Positions 37,554-48,900 of a DNA stretch of 64,000 nucleotides are shown here, one piece after another. A program made the position numbers and the translations under genes. This DNA is from Mustelus asterias (Eukaryota). The DNA lies in the NCBI RefSeq assembly GCF_964213995.1, contig NC_135813.1, positions 2,170,001 to 2,234,000 on the forward strand. Direction: 5' to 3'. How positions within the stretch are numbered: the first letter of the stretch is position 1; the number at the start of each line of letters is the position of its first letter. The notes under the pieces were generated by a model, which was given only the letters and a program-made list of their open reading frames with translations, was not told the DNA's origin and did not search any database.

Positions 37554-38988
37554 AGCTGTTGTCGGAGTTTATCCTTTCCTGCCACCTAGTGTGTGGAGCT
37601 TGAAGTTGCTTATTCAGCGTTAAAGCGAGTGGACTGTCACTTTAAGATGATGATTTCTGTGGGGGAACTTCCTGTCCCTGGTTTTACCATAATGAGAATC
37701 TAAGAATTTTTATAATGCAAACTAGAATTTAATTTCACAGATCTTTCTTAGATTAGGAAGAGATTCTTTATATCTTTTATAATTTTATATATCTATAATA
37801 TGATCCTGCAGTCTATGAATGCACAAACATGCTGTTCCTCAGACTTTAAATGTCTCACCATGTCTGATCTGTGTAAAATTTGATGGGGAAATATTTTTTG
37901 CATTTGTTTGTTTGTGGTAATATGACATTGTGGCCGTAAAGGGAAAGGTTGGTTACACACATTTTCCCTTCACACCAGAATATTACATTCAATGGGTTAT
38001 TGTAACCAGAGTAATGAAGAAATTACTCTATAAATAATAATCGCTTCACATTAACTTTCTGTGCAATACATGTTACGCTTGGATGCTGCTAAAGCTGCAG
38101 AACAGACAGAATCCCAGTGCAGCTCAGCACCCATCACTCCACTCCCACTCCAGGGTATCCCATAATTTCTAATGTCCCACTCATCCAAAATATCTTGTAT
38201 CATCACGGGGTTCATAAATGCCTTGCACATTCCATAACATCAGTGCTGTAAGCTGCCTGTTTATAAAACTAGTATAACTGTCGCAAGTTTAACACACACC
38301 ACATTTTCCAGTATTGCGTACATCACTTAGTATCAAAGAGGCCATTTAAGTGTACATCCCATAATATCACTCTGAATTAGTTGTACGTCCTTGAATATTT
38401 CCATGTGTATCACATCATATCCTGAGTGCTTTATTTCATGTACATCCCATAACATCAATGTTATCCATTCAATGTACATCCCATAATATTCCCGATATAC
38501 TCCATAATAATACTCTGTGCAGCCCATAACACAATGTAGCCCCAGCTGTTTAGTGAGTCACCTTGCTGTTCAGTAACTGGGAGTCAGTGAAGAATAGCTG
38601 TTGTCCTGGCCTGAAGACCAGCTCTGTCCCTGGAATCTCCGTTCCAGCCTTTGGAGACACTGGGCTCAGAGTAACTTCCCAAACACTGGGTTATGGAGAG
38701 TGCAGCTTCCATCTCTGGCCTGGAGAGTGTGCTGACCGCAGCCACAGAGGCTACAATTGTTCTCAGTGTCCTTGGGTTAGCCAGGAGGGAAAGGAAATCA
38801 GCCTCCGCTCCCTCTCCTGATCACCATCTCAGGACAGTGACTCCTGCCAGAAAGGACACCTCCGTAATCGAGCAAGAACATGGTTGAGTTCCGCTGTGAT
38901 ACCACAAGCAGTTGAATAGCTTATCACAGGGGCTTGCCCAACGAATGGCTAAATGGTGGAGTAGGAACGCAGAGGAGCTGCTGACAGA

Positions 38989-39300
38989 GGGTGGCACAGT
39001 GGTTAGCACTGCTGCCTTACAGCGCCAGATACCTGGGTTCGATTCCTAGCTTGGGTCACAGTCTGTGTGGAGTCCGCACATTCTCCCCGTGTCTGCGTGG
39101 GTTTCCTCCAGGTGCTCCAGTTTCCTCCCACAGTCCAAAGATGTGCGGGTTATGTTGATTGGCCAGGTTAAATTGCCCCTTCGTGTCAGGGGGACCAGCA
39201 GGGTAAATACATAGAACTACAGGGATAAGGGCTGGGTGGGATTGTGGTTGGTGCAGACCCAATGGGCCAAATGGCCTTCTGCACTGTAGGGATTCTATGA
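38989..39300 (+). mobile_element. HE1-like V-SINE
   Basis: tRNA-like head with GGTTCGATTCC B box, V-domain, tail GGATTCTATGA. Confidence 0.88.
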
Positions 39301-40213
39301 CTCCCTCGGATGCAGAATCCAGTGAGAGCTAGACAACCTCGGGGAGCTCACCACTGGAGTCTGAGCTGTGAGAACAGGACTAGGTGGAATCGCACCCTCC
39401 CCCATCTCCCAAACTCGCTTTTTGATATCAATCTGCTCTCCTCATTCACATTTGGCAGATTCTGGTTCTGTAAAACACATGCTTTAAGCTAAAAATCTGT
39501 TCTCCATCAGACTCTACCCAGGACGAGAATGCTTTAGAATGTAAACTGGAAGTGAAATCTGTTTTAATTTACCAAATCTTCCCATAGTGGGTGTTGCATT
39601 TATTATTTGTCATTCTGTGCCTTGTTCACTGTTCCCAACATTTTCAGAAAGAAATTTGTTTTTATCTCTGTATTTGTTTATTTTTGTTTTTAAGATTTAT
39701 ATATATTTTAAAATTGCATCCTTCATTTCTATTAAACATGCCAGCATCTCACTTTAAAGAGTCAACATTTTAAATACTTCCTAAATAAAGTTAATATCAT
39801 TACAGATCACTAATTTCAATCTCTGACTTTCTGTTTAACACCACCGCCTCATCTCCTGCTTTGCTCCTGCCACTTTCTTCCTCTGCTTTTAAAACACAAG
39901 CCATTTGTCAATTAAATTTCCCTAGTCTTTTTGTGTTTAATCAGTAGAGCAGTTCCTAGGAAGGGTTCAGTCAATAAAAACAGCACCTAGTGTGTTTTCA
40001 AGGTGACACAGACCAGGAAGCACTCAGATTCTCCCTGGGACTCTGCTGGGCCAGCTGATACTCTGGAGAGAGGAGTAGGGTTGCTAATATTGCCTTGTAA
40101 GTATTTTCAGTGTCAGCAATCCAAATACTGAATCCTGTGCGCTAACTCCATTCTGATGACAGTGCTGGACTGAGCTATAATACCCCTCTTAGTTACACCG
40201 CTGAAACTGCTTT

Positions 40214-40915
40214 GGGTGTGTTTGATGGGGGACAGTGTAGAGGGAACTTTACTCTGTATCTAACCCCGTGCTGTCCCTGTCCTGGGAGTGTTTGATGGGG
40301 ACAGTGTAGAGGGAACTTTACTCTGTATCTAACCCCGTGCTGTACCTGTCCTGGGAGTGTTTGATGAGGGACAGTGTAGAGGGAGCTTTACTCTGTATCT
40401 AACCCCGTGCTGTCCCTGTCCTGGGAGTGTTTGATGGGGACAGTGTAGAGGGAACTTTACTCTGTATCTAACCCCGTGCTGTCCCTGTCCTGGGAGTGTT
40501 TGAGGGGGACAGTGTAGAGGGAACTTTACTCTGTATCTAACCCCGTGCTGTCCCTGTCCTGGGAGTGTTTGATGGGGGACAGTGTAGAGGGAGCTTTACT
40601 CTGTATCTAACCCCGTGCTGTCCCTGTCCTGGGAGTGTTTGATGGGGGACAGTGTAGAGGGAGCTTTACTCTGTATCTAACCCCGTGCTGTACCTGTCCT
40701 GGGAGTGTTTGATGGGGGAACAGTGCAGAGGGAGCTTTACTCCGTATCTAACCCCGTGCTGTCCCTGTCCTGGGAGTGTTTGATGGGGGACAGTGTAGAG
40801 GGAACTTTACTCTGTATCTAACCCCGTGCTGTACCTGTCCTGGGAGTGTTTGATGGGGGCAGTGTAGAGGGAGCTTTACTCTGTATCTAACCCCGTGCTG
40901 TAGCTGTCCTGGGTG
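40214..40915 (+). repeat. ~70-bp minisatellite (GGGAGTGTTTGATGGGGACAGTGTAGAGGGAGCTTTACTCTGTATCTAACCCCGTGCTGTCCCTGTCCT), 10 copies
   Basis: Directly visible tandem array. Confidence 0.96.
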
Positions 40916-41214
40916 TGTATGAAGTGGCCTCCATTAAAGGGAACCCACTTTCAACACAACTTGCGTTTATATCTCGCCTTTAACATAATAAGAAGGTGCT
41001 TTACAGAAATGTTAGCAAATATAATAAGGGCTGATAACTTGAAGATTGGTCCAAGAGGTCAGGTTCAGAAGCATCTTAAGGGAGGGATGAGGTGGGAGAG
41101 ATGGACAGGTTCATACAGGGATTCCCAGAGTGTGCAGTCTGGGGAGTTGAAAACTTGGCTGTCAATGGTGGAGTGATTGAAATCAGATAGGTGAAGTGAA
41201 ATCGTATCATTGTG

Positions 41215-41762
41215 AGGCTGGGAGATTTGTAAAGAAGGTAAATTCACACGGGATACAGGGTGATTTGATAAAGTGGATTCAAAATTGGCTCAGTTGTAGG
41301 AGACAGAGGGTGATGACAGAAGGCTGCTTTAGTGACTGGAAGCCAGTGTCCAGTGGCGTACCACAGGGATCTGTGTTGGGCCCCCTATTATTCATCATTT
41401 ATATAAATGACATTGAGGACTATGTGGGGGGTAGGATTAGTAAGTTTGCGGATGACACACAGATTAGCCGGGTGGGTAACAGTGAGGCGGAGTGTCTTGG
41501 GCTACAGGAAGATAAAGACGGAATGGGCAAATGGGCAGATAAGTGGCAGATGGAATTTAACCCTGAAAAGTGAGATGTAATACACTTTGGAAGGCGTAAT
41601 TTGACAAGGAAGTATTCAATGAGGACACGAAGAAGTTCTGTGGAACAAAGGGATCTTGGTGTGTTTGTCCATAGATCTCTGAAAGCGGAAGGGCATATTA
41701 GTAGGGTGGTGAAAAAGGCAAATGGGACACTTGCCTTTATCAATCGAGATATAGATTACAAA
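41215..41762 (+). mobile_element. CR1 RT internal fragment
   Basis: HGIQG...WIQNWL...PQGSVLGPLLF...KFADDT. Confidence 0.9.
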
Positions 41763-42087
41763 GTCAATGCAGCTTTGTGGGTGGTTTATTAAACTGAGGC
41801 CTTGTCTACTCTGTTAGGTGGATGTTAAAAATCCCAGGAAATTATTATCGAGGGGAATAAGTTAGTTCTGCCTTGTTTCCGAGACCAACATTTCTCCTGT
41901 TTGCAGGAGCATGGTCCTTGGCTCATTGGCTGTGAAACACTTTGGGATAATCTGATGTGCTAAAAGGTTCTCGAGAAATGCAAGTCTTTCTTTCTTTGTC
42001 ACTAACTGCCTTTAATTTGTTTCTTGTGCTCTTTCCCCTACGTCCTTTGCTCTTCTTTCTTAATGCCATCTTTTTTTCCTGGCCAAG

Positions 42088-42322
42088 CTACAGCCTTTGG
42101 GATGGTGCTGACCTCCCGCTCTGTGAGGCGTACCGGAGAGGGGAGGAGGAGGAGGAGGAGGAGGAGGAAGGGGTGGTGACACCCGAAGAGGAGATGGTGA
42201 CAGAGACGGCCGGGCCTGCTGTGACTGCAGGAGGTGAAGCTAATGGCAGAGTGGCACTAAGCAATGCCACTGCCCAACCGCAGGTCAATGAGCATGGAGC
42301 AGGGAGCACAGATCCTGTCTGA
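42088..42322 (+). CDS. MED22: MED22 alternative last exon (long, Surf-5b-type isoform)
   Basis: Polypyrimidine tract + aag acceptor; YSLWDGADLPLCEAY matches DLPLCEAY of the mammalian long isoform; phase matches donor at 35685. Confidence 0.88.
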
Positions 42323-43920
42323 AGTTCGGGGCGGGCTGGGAATGGGCAGGAAATGACCAGCGACCTCCTCCCAGTCATCGCCACCCCAACTCTCTCTCTC
42401 TCTGATGGATCGCATCGGTGCTTTGGATGGATGGAAGCCTGAGACAATGCAGCAGATGTTGCTTGACCCAATCCTTCGCAGCTACTCGTTGCTTCAGCAG
42501 GGAATTGTGGCAACATACATGAAACTAGTGGGATATTGCAGCCTTAGTGCCCAAAGTAGACGGGCAAACTAGCATCTGAAAGAGAGAGATGGCTTTACGT
42601 AGGGTTGAGTAAGGGTGAAGCAAGCTGGGTGAATCCATCCACCAAGTATTTTCACTTTTCCGTTATTGAGTTGTATGTTTTAGGCCACGGTTCAGTCTGA
42701 TGTGGTTTTCTCTTTTTTCTGTGAGTCAGTGGCTCGGACTGAGCACGTGCTGTGTGTATCGGAGGTGCCTGACTGACCTAGACCAGGGGATGGTGGGGAG
42801 GGTTAGAAAGCCAACACTTTCTCCTGATGGTTACCCATTTAAGCTCAGGAGGGAGAGAGAACCAAGCAGCAGTGTTAGAAACATCTAAAGATTATTGAAC
42901 CATGCAGCACTCCCTGAAGTTGTGACTAACCAACCTCAATGTAAACCAGCTCAGTATTAAATGACACAGCCTGACAGTGTCACATAGCCCAGAACAGTCT
43001 TTTGTAAAAGAAGTAAGTTTTATTTTTACACAGTAACAGGAATTGTATGTTCAAATTGTACCTGCTGTAATGTTTGAATTTGTTAGTAAACTTGAATCTG
43101 AGACATTTTCTTCTTGTTTTGCTCCATCAATTCTTGTACAGTGTGGGGAACGCCTAGGCCATTTGTGTGTGGGATTTTTGAGTGGGGTGAATTTAAACTA
43201 AGCTGATCAGTCGTGGCTGTGATAAGGGGGTCAGGCTTGAGCCCTGTGTCCCGAGTTTGGGGAGAGTGATGGAGCAATAGTTGACAGTCCAGTGGCACTG
43301 CCTGCAGAATGGCAGGCCCTCATGGTCGAATAGCTTTTGGTATAGACTGTCTCGATTGAACAGGGAACAGGCAGTTGAGGCATGGGCTTTGGTGGCTAGG
43401 CCAGCATTTATTGCACATCCCTAATTGCCCTCCAGAAGGCGGCGGTGAGCTGCTGCCTTGAACCACTGCAGCTCCTGACCTTTCAACCCTCATCCCAAAA
43501 AAAGGGACAAGTATTTTGCGTGATGATTCCTGTCGGGCTGCAGTGAGGAGTCGGGACTGTGTTGGGCGGTGGGGGTTGTGTTAGCTCAGCCTCGAGCTGA
43601 TCTGGAGCACTGGCTGCAGGGGTCATCAAAGCTGCGGAAGGACCTGATCGATTTTTGACTTGGAATTGGTGTTAATAGAAAGTTCAAGGTTGGCTTAGCA
43701 TCACGATGCCAAGACTGCCCACAGACCCTCGTACAGGAGCTTGTCACACTGACGCCTGGAGTGGGTAATCCCAGAAATCAGAGTTCAAATAGCACCGTGC
43801 AGCTTGAGAAATTTAATTCAGTTTTGAAAAAATAACTGGAAATAAAAAGCTGTTCCCAGCGGGAGTGACCAGGAAGCTGATAGATTGTCATTAAAAAAAA
43901 AACAACTGAGTCACTAATGT

Positions 43921-44166
43921 TTAAAGTTTATTTATTAGTGTCACAAGTAGACTTACACTAACACTGCAATGAAGTTATTGTGAAAATCCCCCAGTCGCCA
44001 CACTCCAGCGCCTGTTCGGGTACACTGAGGGAAAATGCACCTAACCAGCATGTCTTTCGAACACGGAGACAAGGGGGACCAGGCCGACTCCGCACAGACA
44101 GTGACCCAAGCGGGGAATTGAACCCGGGTCCCTGGCGCTGTGAGGCAGCAATGCTAACCCACTGTG
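43921..44166 (-). mobile_element. V-SINE alternative-tail subfamily, nested in another tRNA-derived SINE (~43745-44260)
   Basis: Reverse complement similar to 6207-6485. Confidence 0.75.
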
Positions 44167-44763
44167 TCAGTTTCAGGGAAGGAAAGCTGCTGTCTTTCCC
44201 TGGTCCAGGATAACGAGACCCCAGTCCCACACGGTGATTGCTGATTCGAAAGCAGCCTCTCATTTGCTTCACTCATTACCAGTGATTCAGTGAGAAACTC
44301 ACCCAGCTGCTCCAGATACGTGGGGGTGTCGGCAACAAACACAAAGGCGGCCAGAACACCTCCATCCCAAGAATGAATAGAAACACATAGAACATTACAG
44401 CGCAGTACAGGCCCTTCGGCCCTCGATGTTGCGCCGACCTGTGAAACCAATCTAAAACCCATCTAATCTACACTATTCCAATATCATCCATATGTTTGTC
44501 CAATAACCATTTGAATGCTCTTAATGTTGACGAGTCCACTACTGCTGCAGGCAGGGCATTCCACGCCCTTACTACTCTCTGAGTAAAGAACCTCCCTCTA
44601 ACATCTGTCCTATATCTCTCACCCCTCAATTTACCTGTTCACCTATTGGTTCAGTAGCTGTCGCCAGAGATCATTTACATCCACGAGCGCTGACAGGACC
44701 TCAGCTTAACATCTCATTCAAATGTCTTCAAATCCCCTCGTGCACAACTTCATTCCATACTGC

Positions 44764-45170
44764 CCCTCTGACAGTGCGGCACTCCCTCAGTACTGACCCT
44801 CTGACAGTGCGGCACTCCCTCAGTACTGACCCTCTGACAGTGCGGCATTCCCTCAGCACTGACCCTCTGACAGCGCGGCACTCCCTCAGCACTGACCCTC
44901 TGACAGCGCGGCACTCCCTCAGTACTGACCCTCTGACAGTGCGGCACTCCCTCAGTACTGACCCTCTGACAGCGCGGCACTCCCTCAGTACTGACCCTCT
45001 GACAGTGCGGCACTCCCTCAGTACTGACCCTCTGACAGTGCGGCACTCCCTCAGCACTGACCCTCTGACAGTGCGGCACTCCCTCAGCACTGACCCTCTG
45101 ACAGTGCGGCACTCCCTCAGCACTGACCCTCTGACAGTGCGGCACTCCCTCAGCACTGACCCTCTGACTG
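44764..45170 (-). repeat. minisatellite A, ~12 copies, adjoining DeuSINE-like body (44650-44722)
   Basis: Directly visible. Confidence 0.95.
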
Positions 45171-45411
45171 TGCTGTCAGAATTAGAGGCTGGGATCTTGT
45201 GGTTTGATCCTAGTTCTCTGTGATTCCAAGCGCTATCTGCTCAGCAGCAGTTGAGTTGTTGAAGTGATCCGGATAATTAAAATAAATTTCCTTTCAATAA
45301 TTATTGAAGTAAATTTTTTTAATGCATTGAAGTTAAATGCAACAGTAAGGCAGGGGCAGGGGTTTTGGACATTGCTGTGTATCACACAGTGAAAGGCAAC
45401 CCGCTCCCTGA

Positions 45412-45600
45412 CTATTCCGTGTAGGAGGGACCAGCGGCAAGGTAGGAGCGGTGAAAATTCAATCGATCCTGGAATGTAATCAGGTTTTCCGGTCCTGTCA
45501 CCAGAGATTTCTCGGTGCCCACATTAAGGCCGTTGTCCTTGTACATCCCACACTTACTTAAATGTTCGGAAAGCTTCTGGGATACAGTAAAGTAGCTGGT
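45412..45600 (-). CDS. PIERCE1: Piercer of microtubule wall 1 (C9orf116), exon 3
   Basis: tttcag acceptor; TSYFTVSQKLSEHLSKCGMYKDNGLNVGTEKSLVTGPENLITFQDRLNFHRSY...TAG resembles PIERCE1 C-terminus. Confidence 0.92.
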   Translation of the reverse strand, partial: TSYFTVSQKLSEHLSKCGMYKDNGLNVGTEKSLVTGPENLITFQDRLNFHRSYLAAGPSYTE

Positions 45601-45730
45601 CTGAAATGACAAGAGGGTGGAAGGATCGTTATCATCAACTGGCCCACTCTGATCAGAAACATTCAGCAGCCACGCCCCCACCAACCACTCCAACTCCAAT
45701 AAGAACACAACAATCAGCTCTGCTGGAGAG

Positions 45731-46499
45731 GGTACAGGTCCCACACACACTGACTCTCACTGGGGTACAGGTCCCACACACACTGACTCTCACTGGGGTA
45801 CGGGTCCCACACACACTGACTCTCACTGGGGTACGGGTCCCACACACTGACTCTCACTGGGGTACGGGTCCCACACACACTGACTCTCACTGGGGTACGG
45901 GTTCCACACACACTGACTCTCACTGGGGTACGGGTCCCACACACACTGACTCTCACTGGGGTACGGGTTCCACACACACTGACTCTCACTGGGGTACGGG
46001 TCCCACACACACTGACTCTCACTGGGGTACGGGTCCCACACACACTGACTCTCACTGGGGTACGGGTCCCACACACACTGACTCTCACTGGGGTACGGGT
46101 CCCACACACACTGACTCTCACTGGGGTACGGGTCCCACACACACTGACTCTCACTGGGGTACGGGTCCCACACACACTGACTCTCACTGGGGTACGGGTC
46201 CCACACACACTGACTCTCACTGGGGTACGGGTTCCACACACACTGACTCTCACTGGGGTACGGGTCCCACACACACTGACTCTCGCTGGGGTACGGGTCC
46301 CACACACGCTGACTCTCACTGGGGTACGGGTCCCACACACACTGACTCTCACTGGGGTACGGGTCCCACACACACTGACTCTCACTGGGGTACGGGTCCC
46401 ACACACACTGACTCTCACTGGGGTACGGGTCCCACACACACTGACTCCCACTGGGGTACGGGTCTCACACACACTGACTCTCGCTGGGGTACGGGTCCC
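45731..46499 (+). repeat. minisatellite B, ~23 copies, filling most of PIERCE1 intron 2
   Basis: Directly visible. Confidence 0.96.
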
Positions 46500-46609
46500 G
46501 TGAATTTTTGAAACTGGGCTGTGTTTGTGAAATTTGTGGGCACCGGAGTTTGGTAAAATTTGGTCTAATTTGTGTAAAATGCCCGATTTGAGGAAGTGGT
46601 TAATCTTAC

Positions 46610-46688
46610 CGGCATCTCGTGGACTGTTGGCTTCTGACTGCCGTATGTCTGATTGGTCGTTCGATACAGCGGGTTGGTTGGCCGGGTT
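46610..46688 (-). CDS. PIERCE1: PIERCE1 exon 2
   Basis: (G)[26 protein letters not shown], cag/gtaag boundaries; signature YRTxNxxYG..PTVHEMP. Confidence 0.94.
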
Positions 46689-47080
46689 CTGCAAATTGTC
46701 AAAGAAAAGTAAAAAAACACTGTGATGACCAGAGTCATTTTTGTGTTCATTTCTATCCACACTCTCTCTCGGGGCGATCACTGAATGAAGTCACTCCCTC
46801 CCTAACAGCACTGTGGGTGTACCTATCCCACATAGACTGCAGGGATTCAAGAAGGCAACTCAGCACCACCTTTTCAAGGGGCAATTAGGGATGTGCAATA
46901 AACGCTGGCCTAGCCAGTGACACCCACAACCCATTAATGGATATTTTATAAATTCTGCCCATCTTGTTCAGGTGTCCACTCCACCCTCCACACTCACGGT
47001 GCATATATCTGCGGCTCCTGAGTTTCTGCCCCCCTTGCAGCCTGTTCCAGCAGTTGATCAGTCTGTGTGAAGAATGCAGG

Positions 47081-47279
47081 TCTCACAACACCAGGTTAAA
47101 GTCCAACAGGTTTATTTGGTAGCAAATACCATAAGCTTTCGGAGCACTGCTCCTTCATCAGATGGAGCAGCGCTCCGAAAGCTTATGGTATTTGCTACCA
47201 AATAAACCTGTTGGACTTTAACCTGGTGTTGTGAGACTTCTTACCGTGTTCACCCCAGTCCAACGCCGGCATCTCCACA
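47081..47279. mobile_element. Penelope-type palindromic insertion with 13-bp TSD
   Basis: ~74-bp inverted arms 47080-47153 / 47164-47237; TGAAGAATGCAGG at 47068-47080 and 47280-47292. Confidence 0.85.
47129..47165 (-). ncRNA. minimal type I hammerhead ribozyme motif (canonical core)
   Basis: CCAT-CTGATGA-A-GGAGC-AGT-GCTCC-GAAA-GC-TT-ATGG, stems I and II perfectly paired, palindromic stem III. Confidence 0.8.
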
Positions 47280-47944
47280 TGAAGAATGCAGGAACAGGGG
47301 AAACCATTCGGCCCCTTAAGGCTGTTCTTTATCTTAACTTCATCTGTTCACCCTTGTTCCATAACCTAGAATACTCTCATCCAACAAATATCCAGCAGTC
47401 TCAGTTTTGATACTTTCAACTGACCCCTGGTCGGGGGGGGGGAGATATTTTCAGATTTCCACTCCCCTCTTTGTGAGGAAACACTTCCTAACATCACCCC
47501 AGACAGCTTGGCTCCAATTTTAAGGTTCTGCCCTTGTTCTGGACAACCCCACAGTAGCAAGAACAGTTCCACTCTACCGACCCAATCAAATGCTATCGCT
47601 CTCTTTCTTTCGTAATGTTTTAGGAACAGAAGCTGTCATCACTGTTTTAATCTCCAATTCTCCAACCAGTCCAATGCCCTGTTGGAGAACAAGTCTAGAA
47701 TGTCACCTCAAACTGGAGTTCGGGACAAGGTGTTATTCATTCTCCGTGGTTTGCCCAGGGTTCCCGCAGTACCAGCCAGGAGAGGTTTCAATGTGGCCAC
47801 TTGTCCATCAGATGGTCACATCAGCCAATCTGTAATCTGCTGAAAGTTGTCCACATTCACCAGGGGAGATAGAAGCCTAGTTGAGATGTTGGGGTTGGAA
47901 ATTTAGGAGTGTTTTCTGCCCACATTTTCCTCCATATTTTATTT

Positions 47945-48302
47945 TTTTTATTCATTTGTGGGACATGTGCGTCGCTTCCTGGCCAGCATTTATTGCCCAT
48001 CCCTAGTTGCCCTTGGAGGGCAGTTGAGAGTCAACCAATTGTTGTGGCTCTGGAGTCACATGTAGGCCAGACCGGGTAAGGACAGCAGATTTCCTTCTCT
48101 AAAGTACACTAGTGAACCAGATGGGTTTTTCTGATGATCGACAATGGCTTCATGGTCATCAGTAGATTCTTCATTCCAGATGTTAATTTATTGAATTCAA
48201 ATTCCACCACCTGCCGTGAAGGGATTCGAACCCGGGTCCCCAGAACATCAGCTGAGTTTCTGGATTTATAGTCTAGCGATAATACCACTCGGCCATTGCC
48301 TC
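47945..48302 (-). mobile_element. tRNA-derived SINE with GGGCAATAAATGCTGGCC tail
   Basis: A box TGGCCGAGTGG, B box GGTTCGAATCC, A-rich end; related decayed copy at ~5020-5280. Confidence 0.75.
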
Positions 48303-48439
48303 ACCCCTAGCGTAATGGAGTTGGAGATATCCGATTCATGTCCAGAGGGGGTTTCGTACAGCCGTGGAGAGGTCTTGAAGGTCTCTGTGGATGGGTTGCT
48401 GTTGATATGAGTGTTGCTGTGTCCCATCACATGGAGGGA

Positions 48440-48900
48440 GGGCCGATATTTGAGAGGACTGCTAACCACTGAACTGGAGTCAATCTCAGAGTTCCAGAGA
48501 TTATCCTCATTATTGAGTGAAGTATGTGTTTCTGTGTTTGTTCTGACAGCCTGAGGTTCATAAGGGTGCCCAATACTCAGCTGGCAAAAAGACCAGAGCT
48601 ATGGCAGAATGGTGGCGTTTATACCCAGCTTGTGCCAGTGACCTTACGGGTGACATTACTCATGTCTTGGTTTTCTCGGCACTCTTTCGGTGGAGATGAT
48701 TATGGGTTAGAGAAAGGTCAAGGGTCACTCCGAGATAGGCGGGACTCAGATCAAGCCGCAACTTTTCTCCACAGAAGGTGACATTCAGGACATTGTGTGT
48801 CTTGTATATTTCAAGGTAGGTTGCAGAGACAATGGACTTGGCTTGGGTTTGGTTGCAGTGTCCACTTGTAGAAATATTCAGCCATTTTTGGCAGAATTCA
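48440..48900 (-). mobile_element. degenerate non-LTR RT fragment (Vingi/RTEX-like)
   Basis: PAYLGVTLDLSLT...HL..K...RVTGTSW motif. Confidence 0.55.

Noticed and set aside
40214-40915. CRISPR-like regular repeats (also the 33-bp arrays)
   Set aside because: No unique spacers, no cas genes, vertebrate context
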